The notes: generated from the sequence alone by a model not told the origin. DNA of 64,000 nucleotides from Candidatus Bathyarchaeota archaeon (GCA_963782525.1 CAWAKC010000001.1:224001-288000), one strand, 5' to 3'; shown: positions 19,493 to 28,807, counted from the stretch's first letter. Translations and numbers: made by a program.

Positions 19493-20499
19493 TTTTCAAT
19501 CACCGTTTCTTCTGGCACAGATATGCCGAAGTGTCGTCCTCCCTTCGCAGCTAAATGTACGATGACTTCGTCGTTGGGTTTGAGTTCGGTGACTGGTTTT
19601 GAGGCTGTTGGTGTGACTAAGCGTATGGTTTCGGCGTTTTGGAGTATGGTTTTTATTAATTTGCCTTCGACCTGTGCCTCTACTAGAATGAGAGGTCGGA
19701 TTTCAATTTTTATGCGTCCCACGTTGGTCGTTCGGGTTTTGCCTTCGCGGTTGACGATTATGACTTCGTCGCCTGCTTTGAATTCTTGGAGGTACCTTGT
19801 AGTTTGTAAATTGCCCAAAGTATACATCGATAATGTCCCGGCATTGACTCTGAAGGGACGTGAGGCAACGTAAGGGTTCTCGTTAACTTCTGCTTCGATC
19901 AGGAATAAACCTGCGCTTTGGCTTCCAACTAGCATACCTTCGCCCTGCTTCATCAACTCGCATGTGTCTACACAGACCCGAGCGCCGGTGCCGATGGGTT
20001 TTGTGGAGACGATTTTGGCGATTGCCATTTCCAGCTGTAGGGCTTCTGGCTTCACTATGGCGATGGTTTTTAGGAGCTCCTCTGGATTTGAAGTCTTGAG
20101 CAACACGCCATCGGTTCCTAACTCGAGCGTTTCAAGCGCCACTTTCGCTTCTTCAGCGTTGATGACTTCAGCTATAATCTTGCTCTTCCCTTTAACACGG
20201 GCAATCAAGTTTTCAAGAGGAATAACACGCCAATTCGCACAACTGATAAGCAAGTAACTTGCACCAGCCTCCGCTACTTTAACGGTTAAGTTCTCAGTTG
20301 ACTTGTCACTTAGACAGATTCTTGCAACCTTCTTCGTCACATCCAACTTTTGAGAATCTACCGATGGAGAGACAACTTTTAGGCTTTGTTTGTTTGCCAG
20401 AAAAGTGGTTTTGTCCCCTTCAACGATTGCATCAGCGTATTGGTTAACAAGTGTGGATAGGGCTTCTTTGTTTTCGGTTTCTACCCAAAGTTCCTTCAA
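19489..20499 (-). CDS. 3-dehydroquinate synthase II (oxidative deaminating, AroB')
   Basis: WRVIPLENLIA, RVCVDT, RPFRVNAG, LQNAETIRL, GRHFG motifs. Confidence 0.93.
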   Translation of the reverse strand: MKELWVETENKEALSTLVNQYADAIVEGDKTTFLANKQSLKVVSPSVDSQKLDVTKKVARICLSDKSTENLTVKVAEAGASYLLISCANWRVIPLENLIARVKGKSKIIAEVINAEEAKVALETLELGTDGVLLKTSNPEELLKTIAIVKPEALQLEMAIAKIVSTKPIGTGARVCVDTCELMKQGEGMLVGSQSAGLFLIEAEVNENPYVASRPFRVNAGTLSMYTLGNLQTTRYLQEFKAGDEVIIVNREGKTRTTNVGRIKIEIRPLILVEAQVEGKLIKTILQNAETIRLVTPTASKPVTELKPNDEVIVHLAAKGGRHFGISVPEETVIEK

Positions 20500-21287
20500 C
20501 GCTTTTCACCAAGAAACTTAAGCGCCTGCTCCACAGACGCGTTTTCATGAACGATCGCTGAAAGTGACTTTGACAATAGTGTTGGTTTGTCGCATTGGAA
20601 TATATTTCGCCCGATTGAAAGACCTGCAGCCCCTGCTTTCATGGCGTCAGCGGTGGTTTGCAGGATTTCCTCTAAGGTTTTGCACTTTGGTCCTCCAGCG
20701 ATGACGACTGGCACTGGACAGCTTTCGGTAACTGTTTTGAAACTATCTATGCTGCCTGTGTAGTTTGTTTTAATGATGTCTGCGCCAAGTTCAGCGCCGA
20801 TTCGGGCAGCATGAGCAACAACGTTTACGTCGTGTTCATTCGGTATTTTTGGTCCCCGCGGATACATCATAGCTAAAAGCGGCATCCCGAAAACGTCACA
20901 TTCGTCGGCAACTTTGCCGAGGTTGTGTAGCATTTTGTCTTCATCCTGCGAACCGACGTTAACATGGACACTAACGGCATCTGCGCCGACTCGTATGGCG
21001 CCTTGAACGCTGCAGACTTGGACTTTTCCGTTTAAGTTGGGGCTAAGATTCGACATGCCAGAGAGCATTACAATTAAGCCAGCGTTTTCAACGTCAACTT
21101 GTTTGGCTATGCCCTTGTGGACAAGGATAGCGTCGACTTTGCCCTTTACTAGTTGATCAATGATTTGCTGCATGTTGGTTATGCCTTGGATGGGTCCGAC
21201 GGTGACGCCGTGATCCATAGGCACGATTACTGTGTGGTTGTCTTTTTGCATGATTCTTCTTAGTCTACGGGTTTTTCCTGAATTCAT
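20496..21287 (-). CDS. 2-amino-3,7-dideoxy-D-threo-hept-6-ulosonate (ADH) synthase, class I aldolase (AroA')
   Basis: VPMDHG, MMYPRG, AELGADIIKTNY, IAGGPK, GRNIFQ motifs; adjacent to DHQ synthase II. Confidence 0.9.
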   Translation of the reverse strand: MNSGKTRRLRRIMQKDNHTVIVPMDHGVTVGPIQGITNMQQIIDQLVKGKVDAILVHKGIAKQVDVENAGLIVMLSGMSNLSPNLNGKVQVCSVQGAIRVGADAVSVHVNVGSQDEDKMLHNLGKVADECDVFGMPLLAMMYPRGPKIPNEHDVNVVAHAARIGAELGADIIKTNYTGSIDSFKTVTESCPVPVVIAGGPKCKTLEEILQTTADAMKAGAAGLSIGRNIFQCDKPTLLSKSLSAIVHENASVEQALKFLGEKR

Positions 21288-21297
21288 CTTTTTCCAC

Positions 21298-22533
21298 CTA
21301 GTGTGTTTTAAGCGAGTTTTTAATTAACTTTAATGCCTTTTCTTTATCATTCCAATCTACAAACAACAAAATACTTGAGGTGATAGTGAGGATACCTGAG
21401 ATGTTTATGCCGTTAACTCGCAGGTCTTCGCTGATTTTGCCGATGATGCCGTGGGTTTCTTCCAATCCGACTCCGCTGGTCTTGAGAAAGACAAGATCTT
21501 TTTTCACAGCCATAGCTATGGTTTCTTTGTTGCTTATGGTTATTTTGTGGATTTGGTTGAAAAGTGTATCGATGTTTTTTTCCTGGGGAACGTAGAGGAT
21601 GATTGAATTAGTGTTCATGGACATGCCGAGAAGCATAGAGTTTTCTTTGACTTTCTCAACCATTTCTGTAACGACTTGTGGGTTGGCTGATATGCCGTTT
21701 CCAATCACAGTTATCTCTGAGACGGGGGTAGGATGAGCGATTTCAACATCAAGCTCTGAGGCTAAACTGCCTTTAATTAGGGTGCCTGCCCTGCTCAAAT
21801 CGCTATGTGCATTGCTGATTACTTTAACGTCTATGTCTTTGGGTTTGTACTTGAGGGCTTTGCTATGAATGAATTTAGCGCCTGAATCTGCTAACCCAAC
21901 AAGTGTGGTTACGTCGGTTTCTGGGAGCAGTTTGGGGGACGCAATGATTTTGGGGTCGCCGGACATAATGCCGTCGGCATCTGTTACCAATACTACTTGG
22001 TTTGCGTTGATTCCCTGTGCGATTATGAATGCGGTGGTGTCGCTTCCGCCTCTGCCCAAAGTGGTGATTTTTCCATCTTTGGTTTTGCCCACGAAACCCG
22101 CTATTACGGGTATTGTGCCTTTTTCGACGAGTGGTAGGATGCATTCTTTGATGTTTTTGTCGCATTCTTTGAGGATTGGGTTGGCGTTTTGGAAGGAGTC
22201 GTCGGTGATTATTGGCCATTTGTTATCCATGGGGTCGAAGTAGCATGCGTCGACACCATTGTTTCTCAAGGCTGCGGCGAATATGCGTACGCTGGTGCGT
22301 TCACCCATGGAGAGGATGTCGTCTAATTCGTGTTTCTGGAGTTTTCCGTTCGAAGTGTTTTTGGCGGTGGTCATGAGGACATCGGTTGTTTTGCCCATAG
22401 CGGAGACTACGACGGCGATTTTAGTGCCTTTTTTAGCTTCATTAACAACAGCAACTACCGCTTTGAGGAGTCTCTCATGGTCAGCGAGGCTAGAGCCACC
22501 GAATTTAACAACTATAGTTTTGCTAGTTTGCAT
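21298..22533 (-). CDS. aspartate kinase
   Basis: VKFGGSS, VVSAMG, TLGRGGSDTTA motifs and C-terminal ACT-like domains. Confidence 0.9.
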   Translation of the reverse strand: MQTSKTIVVKFGGSSLADHERLLKAVVAVVNEAKKGTKIAVVVSAMGKTTDVLMTTAKNTSNGKLQKHELDDILSMGERTSVRIFAAALRNNGVDACYFDPMDNKWPIITDDSFQNANPILKECDKNIKECILPLVEKGTIPVIAGFVGKTKDGKITTLGRGGSDTTAFIIAQGINANQVVLVTDADGIMSGDPKIIASPKLLPETDVTTLVGLADSGAKFIHSKALKYKPKDIDVKVISNAHSDLSRAGTLIKGSLASELDVEIAHPTPVSEITVIGNGISANPQVVTEMVEKVKENSMLLGMSMNTNSIILYVPQEKNIDTLFNQIHKITISNKETIAMAVKKDLVFLKTSGVGLEETHGIIGKISEDLRVNGINISGILTITSSILLFVDWNDKEKALKLIKNSLKTH

Positions 22534-22552
22534 TTAGGTACCCCCGTTTTTC

Positions 22553-22590
22553 GCCCAGAACTATTCTCAAAAAATTTGTTAGTTCTGGGC
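22553..22590 (-). promoter_or_regulatory. leader hairpin (attenuator-like)
   Basis: Perfect 11-bp stem GCCCAGAACTA/TAGTTCTGGGC with a 16-nt loop containing U6; starts at the base after the leader stop and ends 19 nt before the aspartokinase ATG. Confidence 0.75.
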
Positions 22591-22677
22591 TTATGGAAAA
22601 TGGTAATAATAAAAATAGTAGTCGAAGCTAGGAAACAGTGACGCAGTGATGTTGATTTTGTTTTTTGCGTTGAGCAT
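22591..22677 (-). CDS. Tyr/Phe-rich leader peptide of the aromatic amino-acid operon (28 aa)
   Basis: Translated by hand: MLNAKNKINITASLFPSFDYYFYYYHFP*; 5 Tyr and 4 Phe in the last 14 codons; between promoter and hairpin. Confidence 0.78.
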   Translation of the reverse strand: MLNAKNKINITASLFPSFDYYFYYYHFP

Positions 22678-22710
22678 TGCTTCGAACCTGCCAATCAGTT
22701 CATCTTCCAA

Positions 22711-22728
22711 AAAATATAAGCGTTTCGG
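22711..22728 (-). promoter_or_regulatory. BRE/TATA-like promoter of the aromatic operon
   Basis: Minus strand CCGAAACG-CTTATATTTT; implies a start site near 22690, just upstream of the leader ATG. Confidence 0.65.
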
Positions 22729-22938
22729 ATTCAAGCTAAAGTTTAACTAATAATTTTTTGCAGTAGGACCATTTTCTGCCCTGTTTTGTTCATTCGATGG
22801 GTTATTTGAAACCATTTGGAATTCATTGTAGAAACCTAATTGAATTAGTTTATATTGGCATTTTTTAGCTAACTTGTGTGCTCTCAGCAGATTTTTATTC
22901 CCGATTCCCCTAGTACAAATCGGTTTTGGTGAACAAAT

Positions 22939-24750
22939 ATGCAGGGATGGACAGGTTTTTTCTTAAAAGTCGAGTTAACCAAAAGCACGGCTGTTGCTGA
23001 ACCTTACAGTGAAGATTTAGCTTTGAATTTTTTAGGCGGCAGAGGCTTCGCAATCAAAATTCTCTGGGACACCCTAAAACATGGAACTGACCCTCTCTCA
23101 CCCGAAAACAAACTAATCTTCGCCACAGGACCACTAACGGGAATCGGACTACCCAACAGCGGCAAACTAGTCATTGCCTCAAAAAGCCCTTTGACCGGCG
23201 GTTACGGCGACGGCAACTCTGGCAGCTGGGCAGCTGTGAACATACGCAAAGCAGGCTACGACGCACTCGTCATCGAAGGCAAAGCATCCCAACCAGTCAT
23301 ACTTCACATCAAAAATCGAACGTGGGAGTTTTTGGATGCGGGGGATCTGTGGGGTAAAAGCTCCTTTGAAGTCGAGGACCAACTCAGAAAAAAATATTCC
23401 AAGTTAGCAGGCATAATGTCCATCGGACCTGCAGGAGAGAACCTTGTAAAGTTCGCAACAGTGGTTTCTCAGAATGGACGTGCGGGTGGACGACCTGGGA
23501 TGGGCGCTGTCATGGGCTCAAAAAATCTCAAAGCCATTGTAGTCGAAGGTACCCAACCAATCCCCCTCGCTTTTCCCGATGAAATGAAAAAATTAGCTGT
23601 TGACGGCTACAAGGAACTTTTAACTAAACCACTCTATAGTTTCTGGAAAAGGCAAGGCACTATGTCCACGGTTGACTGGTGCCAAGAAAACAGCTGTCTT
23701 CCAACGCACAATTACAGGCAAGGCGTTTTCGACAAGGCAGAAGGCATAAGCGGCTTTACGATGGAGAAGATGAAGGTTTCCAACCGCGGCTGCCCACAGT
23801 GCAACATGACCTGCGGAAACGTGGTTAAGGACAGTGAAGGAAAAGATTCAGAGCTGGATTATGAGAACGTGGTTATGCTTGGCTCCAACATTGGTTTGGG
23901 AAACCTTGCGCAAGTAGCTACCTTAAACCGGTTGGCAGACGAATTCAGCTTTGATGGTATTTCTCTTGGGAGCGTAATTGGGTTTGCCATGGAAGCTTCG
24001 GAGAAGGGGCTAATTCCCGAGAAGATTGGTTGGGGCGATTTTGAAGCGATTAAGGCATTGATTAACGATATTGCGTACAGGCGAGGTTTGGGTGCGGTTT
24101 TAGCGGAAGGTGTCCGATCCGCAGCCGCAACCATTGGCAAAGGCTCTAGCGATTGGGCGATGCATGTTAAAGGCTTAGAAGTCTCCGCCTACGACTGCCA
24201 CACCGCACCAGGCATGGCGTTGGCATACGGAACCAGCTCAATTGGCGCCCACCACAAAGACGCTTGGATAATAACTTGGGAACAGAAATATGGCAGAGAA
24301 AAATACGACGAAGCAAAAGTCGACCATCTAATCCAAACCCAACTCCTACGCGGCGGAGCCTTCGAAGCACTCACCGTTTGCCGTTTTCCACACGGCTCAT
24401 TGGGCTTTGAGCTCGAATGGTACCAAAAGTACCTGCGGGCTTCAACTGGACGGAACTTTTCTATGGATCAGCTAAACCAGATTAGCGACAGAATACTTAC
24501 TTTAATTCGTGCTTTCTGGGTGCGGGAATACGGTGGCAAGTGGAGTCGTGATTTGGATGTTCCGCCAATGCGATGGTTCAAAGAGCCACTAACCGAAGGA
24601 CCCTTGAAGGGCGCTGTGCTTGATTTGGAAAAATACAACAAGATGTTGGACATTTACTATCAGAAGCGCGGCTGGAGCGAAGAGGGTGTTCCAACAAAAG
24701 AAACGTTGGAGAGGTTAGGGCTGGCTGACGTAGCAAGTCACTTAAGTTAA
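22939..24750 (+). CDS. tungsten-dependent aldehyde:ferredoxin oxidoreductase family protein
   Basis: KSPLTGG, GRPGMGAVMGSKNLKAI, CPQCNMTC, DYE and HVKGLE motifs. Confidence 0.93.
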   Translation: MQGWTGFFLKVELTKSTAVAEPYSEDLALNFLGGRGFAIKILWDTLKHGTDPLSPENKLIFATGPLTGIGLPNSGKLVIASKSPLTGGYGDGNSGSWAAVNIRKAGYDALVIEGKASQPVILHIKNRTWEFLDAGDLWGKSSFEVEDQLRKKYSKLAGIMSIGPAGENLVKFATVVSQNGRAGGRPGMGAVMGSKNLKAIVVEGTQPIPLAFPDEMKKLAVDGYKELLTKPLYSFWKRQGTMSTVDWCQENSCLPTHNYRQGVFDKAEGISGFTMEKMKVSNRGCPQCNMTCGNVVKDSEGKDSELDYENVVMLGSNIGLGNLAQVATLNRLADEFSFDGISLGSVIGFAMEASEKGLIPEKIGWGDFEAIKALINDIAYRRGLGAVLAEGVRSAAATIGKGSSDWAMHVKGLEVSAYDCHTAPGMALAYGTSSIGAHHKDAWIITWEQKYGREKYDEAKVDHLIQTQLLRGGAFEALTVCRFPHGSLGFELEWYQKYLRASTGRNFSMDQLNQISDRILTLIRAFWVREYGGKWSRDLDVPPMRWFKEPLTEGPLKGAVLDLEKYNKMLDIYYQKRGWSEEGVPTKETLERLGLADVASHLS

Positions 24751-24758
24751 GCTAAAAG

Positions 24759-26201
24759 CTAGTATGACCTTGCGAAGTACGCTGTTTCCTTAGCTTTCTC
24801 TTCGCACACGATACAGTTAGTGGTTGGCTGCTCTACCTGAAAAGGTCGAATGCGAATGGTAGCGCCTGTTTCATCCTTTACTTTTGCCTCGCAATCTGGG
24901 CTGCCGCACCATGCTGCTTTGATGAAGCCGCCTTTTTCTTCTAGCACCTTCTTGAATTCATCGTAACTCTGCACGGAAGAGGTTTTTTCTTGGAGTATGG
25001 CTTTGGCTTTAGCGAGCAGGTTGTCTTGAATTTCTTGCAGTAGCTTCTCTACGGTTGCTGGAATGTCGGCTTCGGTAACGGGGTTTTTTTGGCCTGTGTC
25101 ACGTCGGACCATAACGACTTGTCCTGCTTTGAGGTCTCTTGGGCCAAGTTCTATGCGTATTGGGATGCCTTTGAGTTCCCATTGGTGGAATTTCCAGCCC
25201 GGCGTGTACTCGTTGCGGTCGTCAAGGATTACGCTTACGCCTTTGGCTTTTAGAGTCGCTGCGATTTCTTTGGTTTTTGCAGCGATTGCTTCAGCTTCAA
25301 TGCCCTTGAATGGAATCGGAACGATGACAACTTGAGTTGGTGCAACTTTGGGCGGCATAATCAAGCCTTTGTCGTCACCGTGAACCATAATCATAGCGCC
25401 AATGAGCCGCGTAGTAATACCCCAGCTGGTTTGCCAAACGTAATGGTCTTGTTTGTCTTCGCCTATGAATTTTACATCAAAGACTTTGGCGAAGTGTTGG
25501 CCGAGGTTGTGGCTGGTTCCCATCTGAAGGGCTTTCCCGTCAGGCATGATGGATTCGAGCGCTGTGGTGTAGAGGGCGCCAGCAAACTTTTCGCTGTCAC
25601 TCTTGGTGCCGATAACTACTGGAATTGCCAAGTAATTCTCTATAACGTCCTTGTACTCGCCAAGGGCGTACATAACTTCAGCTTCCGCTTCCTCCGCGGT
25701 TGCGTGTGCAGTGTGCCCTTCTTGCCAAAGGAACTCGCGAGTCCGCAAAAACAGCTTCGTCGCCTTGGTTTCCCAGCGAACGATGTTGCACCACTGGTTA
25801 ATCTTAAGCGGCAAGTCGCGCCAACTACGAATCCATTTGCTGAACATGGCGTACATGATGGTTTCGCTGGTGGGACGAACAGCCAGTTTCTCCTCAAGAG
25901 GGGTATCTCCGCCCTGAGTAATCCACGCCACTTCTGGAGTGAACCCTGCGAAGTGTTCAGCTTCTTTTTTGAGGAATGCCTCAGGAATAAACATGGGAAA
26001 ATACGTGTTGCGGTGTCCAGTGGCTTTGATTTTTTGGTTAACTACCTCTTGAATTTTTTCCCAAACAGCGTATGCGTCTGGACGAATAATCATGCAGCCT
26101 TTAACAGGCGCGTAATCTGCAAGTTCAGCTTTCAAAACAACTTCAACATACCATTCGCTGAAATCTTCACATTTCTTAAAGGTTACACCAGTATCAGACA
26201 T
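24759..26201 (-). CDS. proS: proline--tRNA ligase (archaeal/eukaryotic type)
   Basis: VRPTSET, FLRTREFLWQEGHTAH, TSHNLGQ, C-terminal Zn site and FARSY; start placed at ATG 26201, downstream of a TTTTATAT box. Confidence 0.97.
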   Translation of the reverse strand: MSDTGVTFKKCEDFSEWYVEVVLKAELADYAPVKGCMIIRPDAYAVWEKIQEVVNQKIKATGHRNTYFPMFIPEAFLKKEAEHFAGFTPEVAWITQGGDTPLEEKLAVRPTSETIMYAMFSKWIRSWRDLPLKINQWCNIVRWETKATKLFLRTREFLWQEGHTAHATAEEAEAEVMYALGEYKDVIENYLAIPVVIGTKSDSEKFAGALYTTALESIMPDGKALQMGTSHNLGQHFAKVFDVKFIGEDKQDHYVWQTSWGITTRLIGAMIMVHGDDKGLIMPPKVAPTQVVIVPIPFKGIEAEAIAAKTKEIAATLKAKGVSVILDDRNEYTPGWKFHQWELKGIPIRIELGPRDLKAGQVVMVRRDTGQKNPVTEADIPATVEKLLQEIQDNLLAKAKAILQEKTSSVQSYDEFKKVLEEKGGFIKAAWCGSPDCEAKVKDETGATIRIRPFQVEQPTTNCIVCEEKAKETAYFARSY

Positions 26202-26410
26202 GAGGGATCTCTTCTTGCTTCTTGTATGCCTGCACCTGGATATAAAACCGTAACGGGAACAATTCCTCAAAAACCGATTGCCCTCAGGGGATAGGATCTA
26301 TTGGCTAGAAATCAACCCAATAATAGTTTTAAAATTGGTAGTTAAAAATCTGGAAGGATTGATGGAGTGAAAGTACAAAAAATCTAACTAAAAACAAAAA
26401 AGAAAAAAGG

Positions 26411-26566
26411 TTATTTTTTGAAGAGCCCCTTTTTTTCGGGGTAGTCTTTGCATTCGTAGATTCGTAGTTGGCGTTGGGGTTCGATGCGGCATCGTTTGCG
26501 TGCGTTCTTGCGCCTCAAAAGCGGCGCAAGTTGAAAGAAGGGGCATTTGCTGCAGAGTGTACTCAT
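26411..26566 (-). CDS. unannotated 51-aa basic Cys4 microprotein
   Basis: MSTLCSKCPFFQLAPLLRRKNARKRCRIEPQRQLRIYECKDYPEKKGLFKK*; SD-like AGGAG; 10 nt after the permease stop. Confidence 0.6.
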   Translation of the reverse strand: MSTLCSKCPFFQLAPLLRRKNARKRCRIEPQRQLRIYECKDYPEKKGLFKK

Positions 26567-26576
26567 TGTGGTTCTC

Positions 26577-27758
26577 CTAACGTGTCATCATTCTTCGGAA
26601 GACTGGCAGTGCAATCGCTATCATGACTATGCCGAACACGATAAGGACTATGAGGTCTGTTGATATCTGTGGTATACCAGCGCCGAGCACCATGACTTTT
26701 CGTAGAGCATCGGAAGCATACGTTAGCGGTAGCACTTTGCTGATGTCTTGCATATACCATGGCATCTGCTGTATCGGGAAGAATACTCCGCTGAGGAACA
26801 TCATCGGGAACATCAGGGTCATCATAAACATCTGTGCGGTTTCTTGGTCTTTAGTGAAGGAGGTTATGACGATGCCTAAGCCGACGAAGCTAAAGACACC
26901 AAGTAGTAGCAGTGCGAACACGAGTAAGATGCTACCTTGTATGGCGACTCCAAATATGCCGATGGCTAACGCCAAGATTATTACGCCTTGGATTAAGCCT
27001 CTGCCCGTTTGAGCCATCGTCTTGCCCAGCAAGATTGAGAGACGGTTTACTGGTGCAACCATCATGCCGTCCATTGTGCCAATTTCTTTTTCCTGTGAGA
27101 TGGCAACTGGCAAGCCTGTCATGACGCTCATCATGACGGTCATAGCCATGATGCCTGGAGCGATGAAGTCAAAGTAGCTTGGGTGACCTGAAACAACACC
27201 TTGGGTCTGTACGGTGTAAGGCTGCACAACTGCGAGCGGGTTTGTAGCGTTCAATGGCAGGACGTTGTGTATGGCGAGTTGTTGACCCATGGCGTTAAAG
27301 ACGCCAGTTAATGCAGCTTGGATTGTGGCGGATATCTGTGGGTTGGATTCGTCGCTGACAATGATAATGGTGCCTTGTTGCCCAGACAGGAGGGTTTGAC
27401 TGAAGTTGCTTGGAATCACTATGCCTCCTTCAAGGTCTCCTCTTTGCACCATATCTTTGAGGTCTGCTGTACTTGACACATTGGTTATTATTAGCATGTG
27501 AGTTTGGCCGTTAATCTGTTGTAGACCTGTGAGGAAGCTTTGGCTTGCAAAAACGCTGTTGAAGCCTGAGTCTTCGTTTACCAAGCCAACTTTCAAGTCG
27601 GTAATGGTTCCGTTGGATGGATAGATAAAGCCGACCATAACCATCATGAACAATGGCATAACGATTAAGAGCACTAAGCCAAGCCTGTTGCGGAACAATT
27701 CAGTTAAGTCTTTCATCGCTATTCGGAAGCTATGTTGCATTACAGTTTTTACAGTCAT
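26577..27758 (-). CDS. ABC-2 type exporter permease
   Basis: N-terminal helix, large extracellular loop, EKEIGTM and FLSGVFFP...LPLTY motifs. Confidence 0.92.
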   Translation of the reverse strand: MTVKTVMQHSFRIAMKDLTELFRNRLGLVLLIVMPLFMMVMVGFIYPSNGTITDLKVGLVNEDSGFNSVFASQSFLTGLQQINGQTHMLIITNVSSTADLKDMVQRGDLEGGIVIPSNFSQTLLSGQQGTIIIVSDESNPQISATIQAALTGVFNAMGQQLAIHNVLPLNATNPLAVVQPYTVQTQGVVSGHPSYFDFIAPGIMAMTVMMSVMTGLPVAISQEKEIGTMDGMMVAPVNRLSILLGKTMAQTGRGLIQGVIILALAIGIFGVAIQGSILLVFALLLLGVFSFVGLGIVITSFTKDQETAQMFMMTLMFPMMFLSGVFFPIQQMPWYMQDISKVLPLTYASDALRKVMVLGAGIPQISTDLIVLIVFGIVMIAIALPVFRRMMTR

Positions 27759-27764
27759 CTTCTA

Positions 27765-28790
27765 TCACCTTACCCTTCTTGGTGCTCCACCAAAACGCCT
27801 TCCTGGACCCTGCTGCATCGGAATTTTTTCAGTAGCACTATCCCTCACTTCGTGACCGGTAATATGCAAGAATACGTCCTCAAGCGAAGGCTGCAGGTTT
27901 GCCATGGAAGTGATTTTCCCGTTTTTGGTTCGGACAGTATCGATTATGTTGTCAAAGGCATCTTCCCCATGAACAATGAGATGTACACTTGTTGAGTTTT
28001 CTTGGGTTACAGCGTCTGCGCATTTGAGTGCTTTTATTGAGGCTACTAAATCAGGTGTTAGGTTTGCGATTTCAAGTTTAATAATCATAGTGTCTCCTCC
28101 TGAAATTATCTTTTTAAGGTTAGTTGAAGTATCTAGGGCTATGATTTTTCCATGGTCAACGATGGCTATGCGGTCACATAACAAGTCCGCATCAACCATC
28201 ATATGAGTGGTTATTATAACAGTAGTTCCCTGTTCCTGATTGAGTTTCTTAACAAAATCCCTAATTTCGACCGAAGACTGGGGATCTAAACCTAATGTGG
28301 GTTCGTCTAGGAACAGTACTTGTGGCATGTTGAGTAAAGCACGCACTACGTTCATTCTTTGGCGCATACCTGTCGAAAAAGTACCTACTTGAGCATTCTT
28401 CCATTTGGTGAGTTGGACGAGTTCGAGTAATTCGTCGATTCGCTTGTTTAGGGTGTCTTTGGGGATGTTGAAGAGGCTGCCGAAGAACCAGAGGTTCTCT
28501 TTAGCGGTTAGGCGGTTGTAGATTATCATTTTTTCTGAGACTATGCCGATTAGTTTGCGGACGTCCATGTCGTTTTTGACGGTGTCGTATCCACCTATGG
28601 TGGCTGTTCCTTTTGTGGGTCTTGACAGGGTGGAGAGCATACGCAGAGTAGTGCTTTTGCCTGCTCCGTTTGGGCCTAGTAATCCGAAGATTTCGCCTTT
28701 TTTTACATCGAAGGATATGTCATCTACCGCGGTGAATTTGTTGAACATCTTTGTTAGATGATTTACTTCGATGATGGATTCGTTTGCCAT
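27765..28790 (-). CDS. ABC exporter ATP-binding protein (DrrA-like)
   Basis: Walker A GPNGAGKST, FSTGMRQR, Walker B FLDEPT, SLEDVF tail. Confidence 0.94.
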   Translation of the reverse strand: MANESIIEVNHLTKMFNKFTAVDDISFDVKKGEIFGLLGPNGAGKSTTLRMLSTLSRPTKGTATIGGYDTVKNDMDVRKLIGIVSEKMIIYNRLTAKENLWFFGSLFNIPKDTLNKRIDELLELVQLTKWKNAQVGTFSTGMRQRMNVVRALLNMPQVLFLDEPTLGLDPQSSVEIRDFVKKLNQEQGTTVIITTHMMVDADLLCDRIAIVDHGKIIALDTSTNLKKIISGGDTMIIKLEIANLTPDLVASIKALKCADAVTQENSTSVHLIVHGEDAFDNIIDTVRTKNGKITSMANLQPSLEDVFLHITGHEVRDSATEKIPMQQGPGRRFGGAPRRVR

Positions 28791-28807
28791 TTTGGGTCCT
28801 CGTTAAT

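Noticed and set aside
25332-26294. 320-aa ORF antisense to proS
   Set aside because: No recognisable motifs and almost entirely overlapping a conserved gene; treated as a shadow ORF, like the many shorter antisense ORFs in the track.
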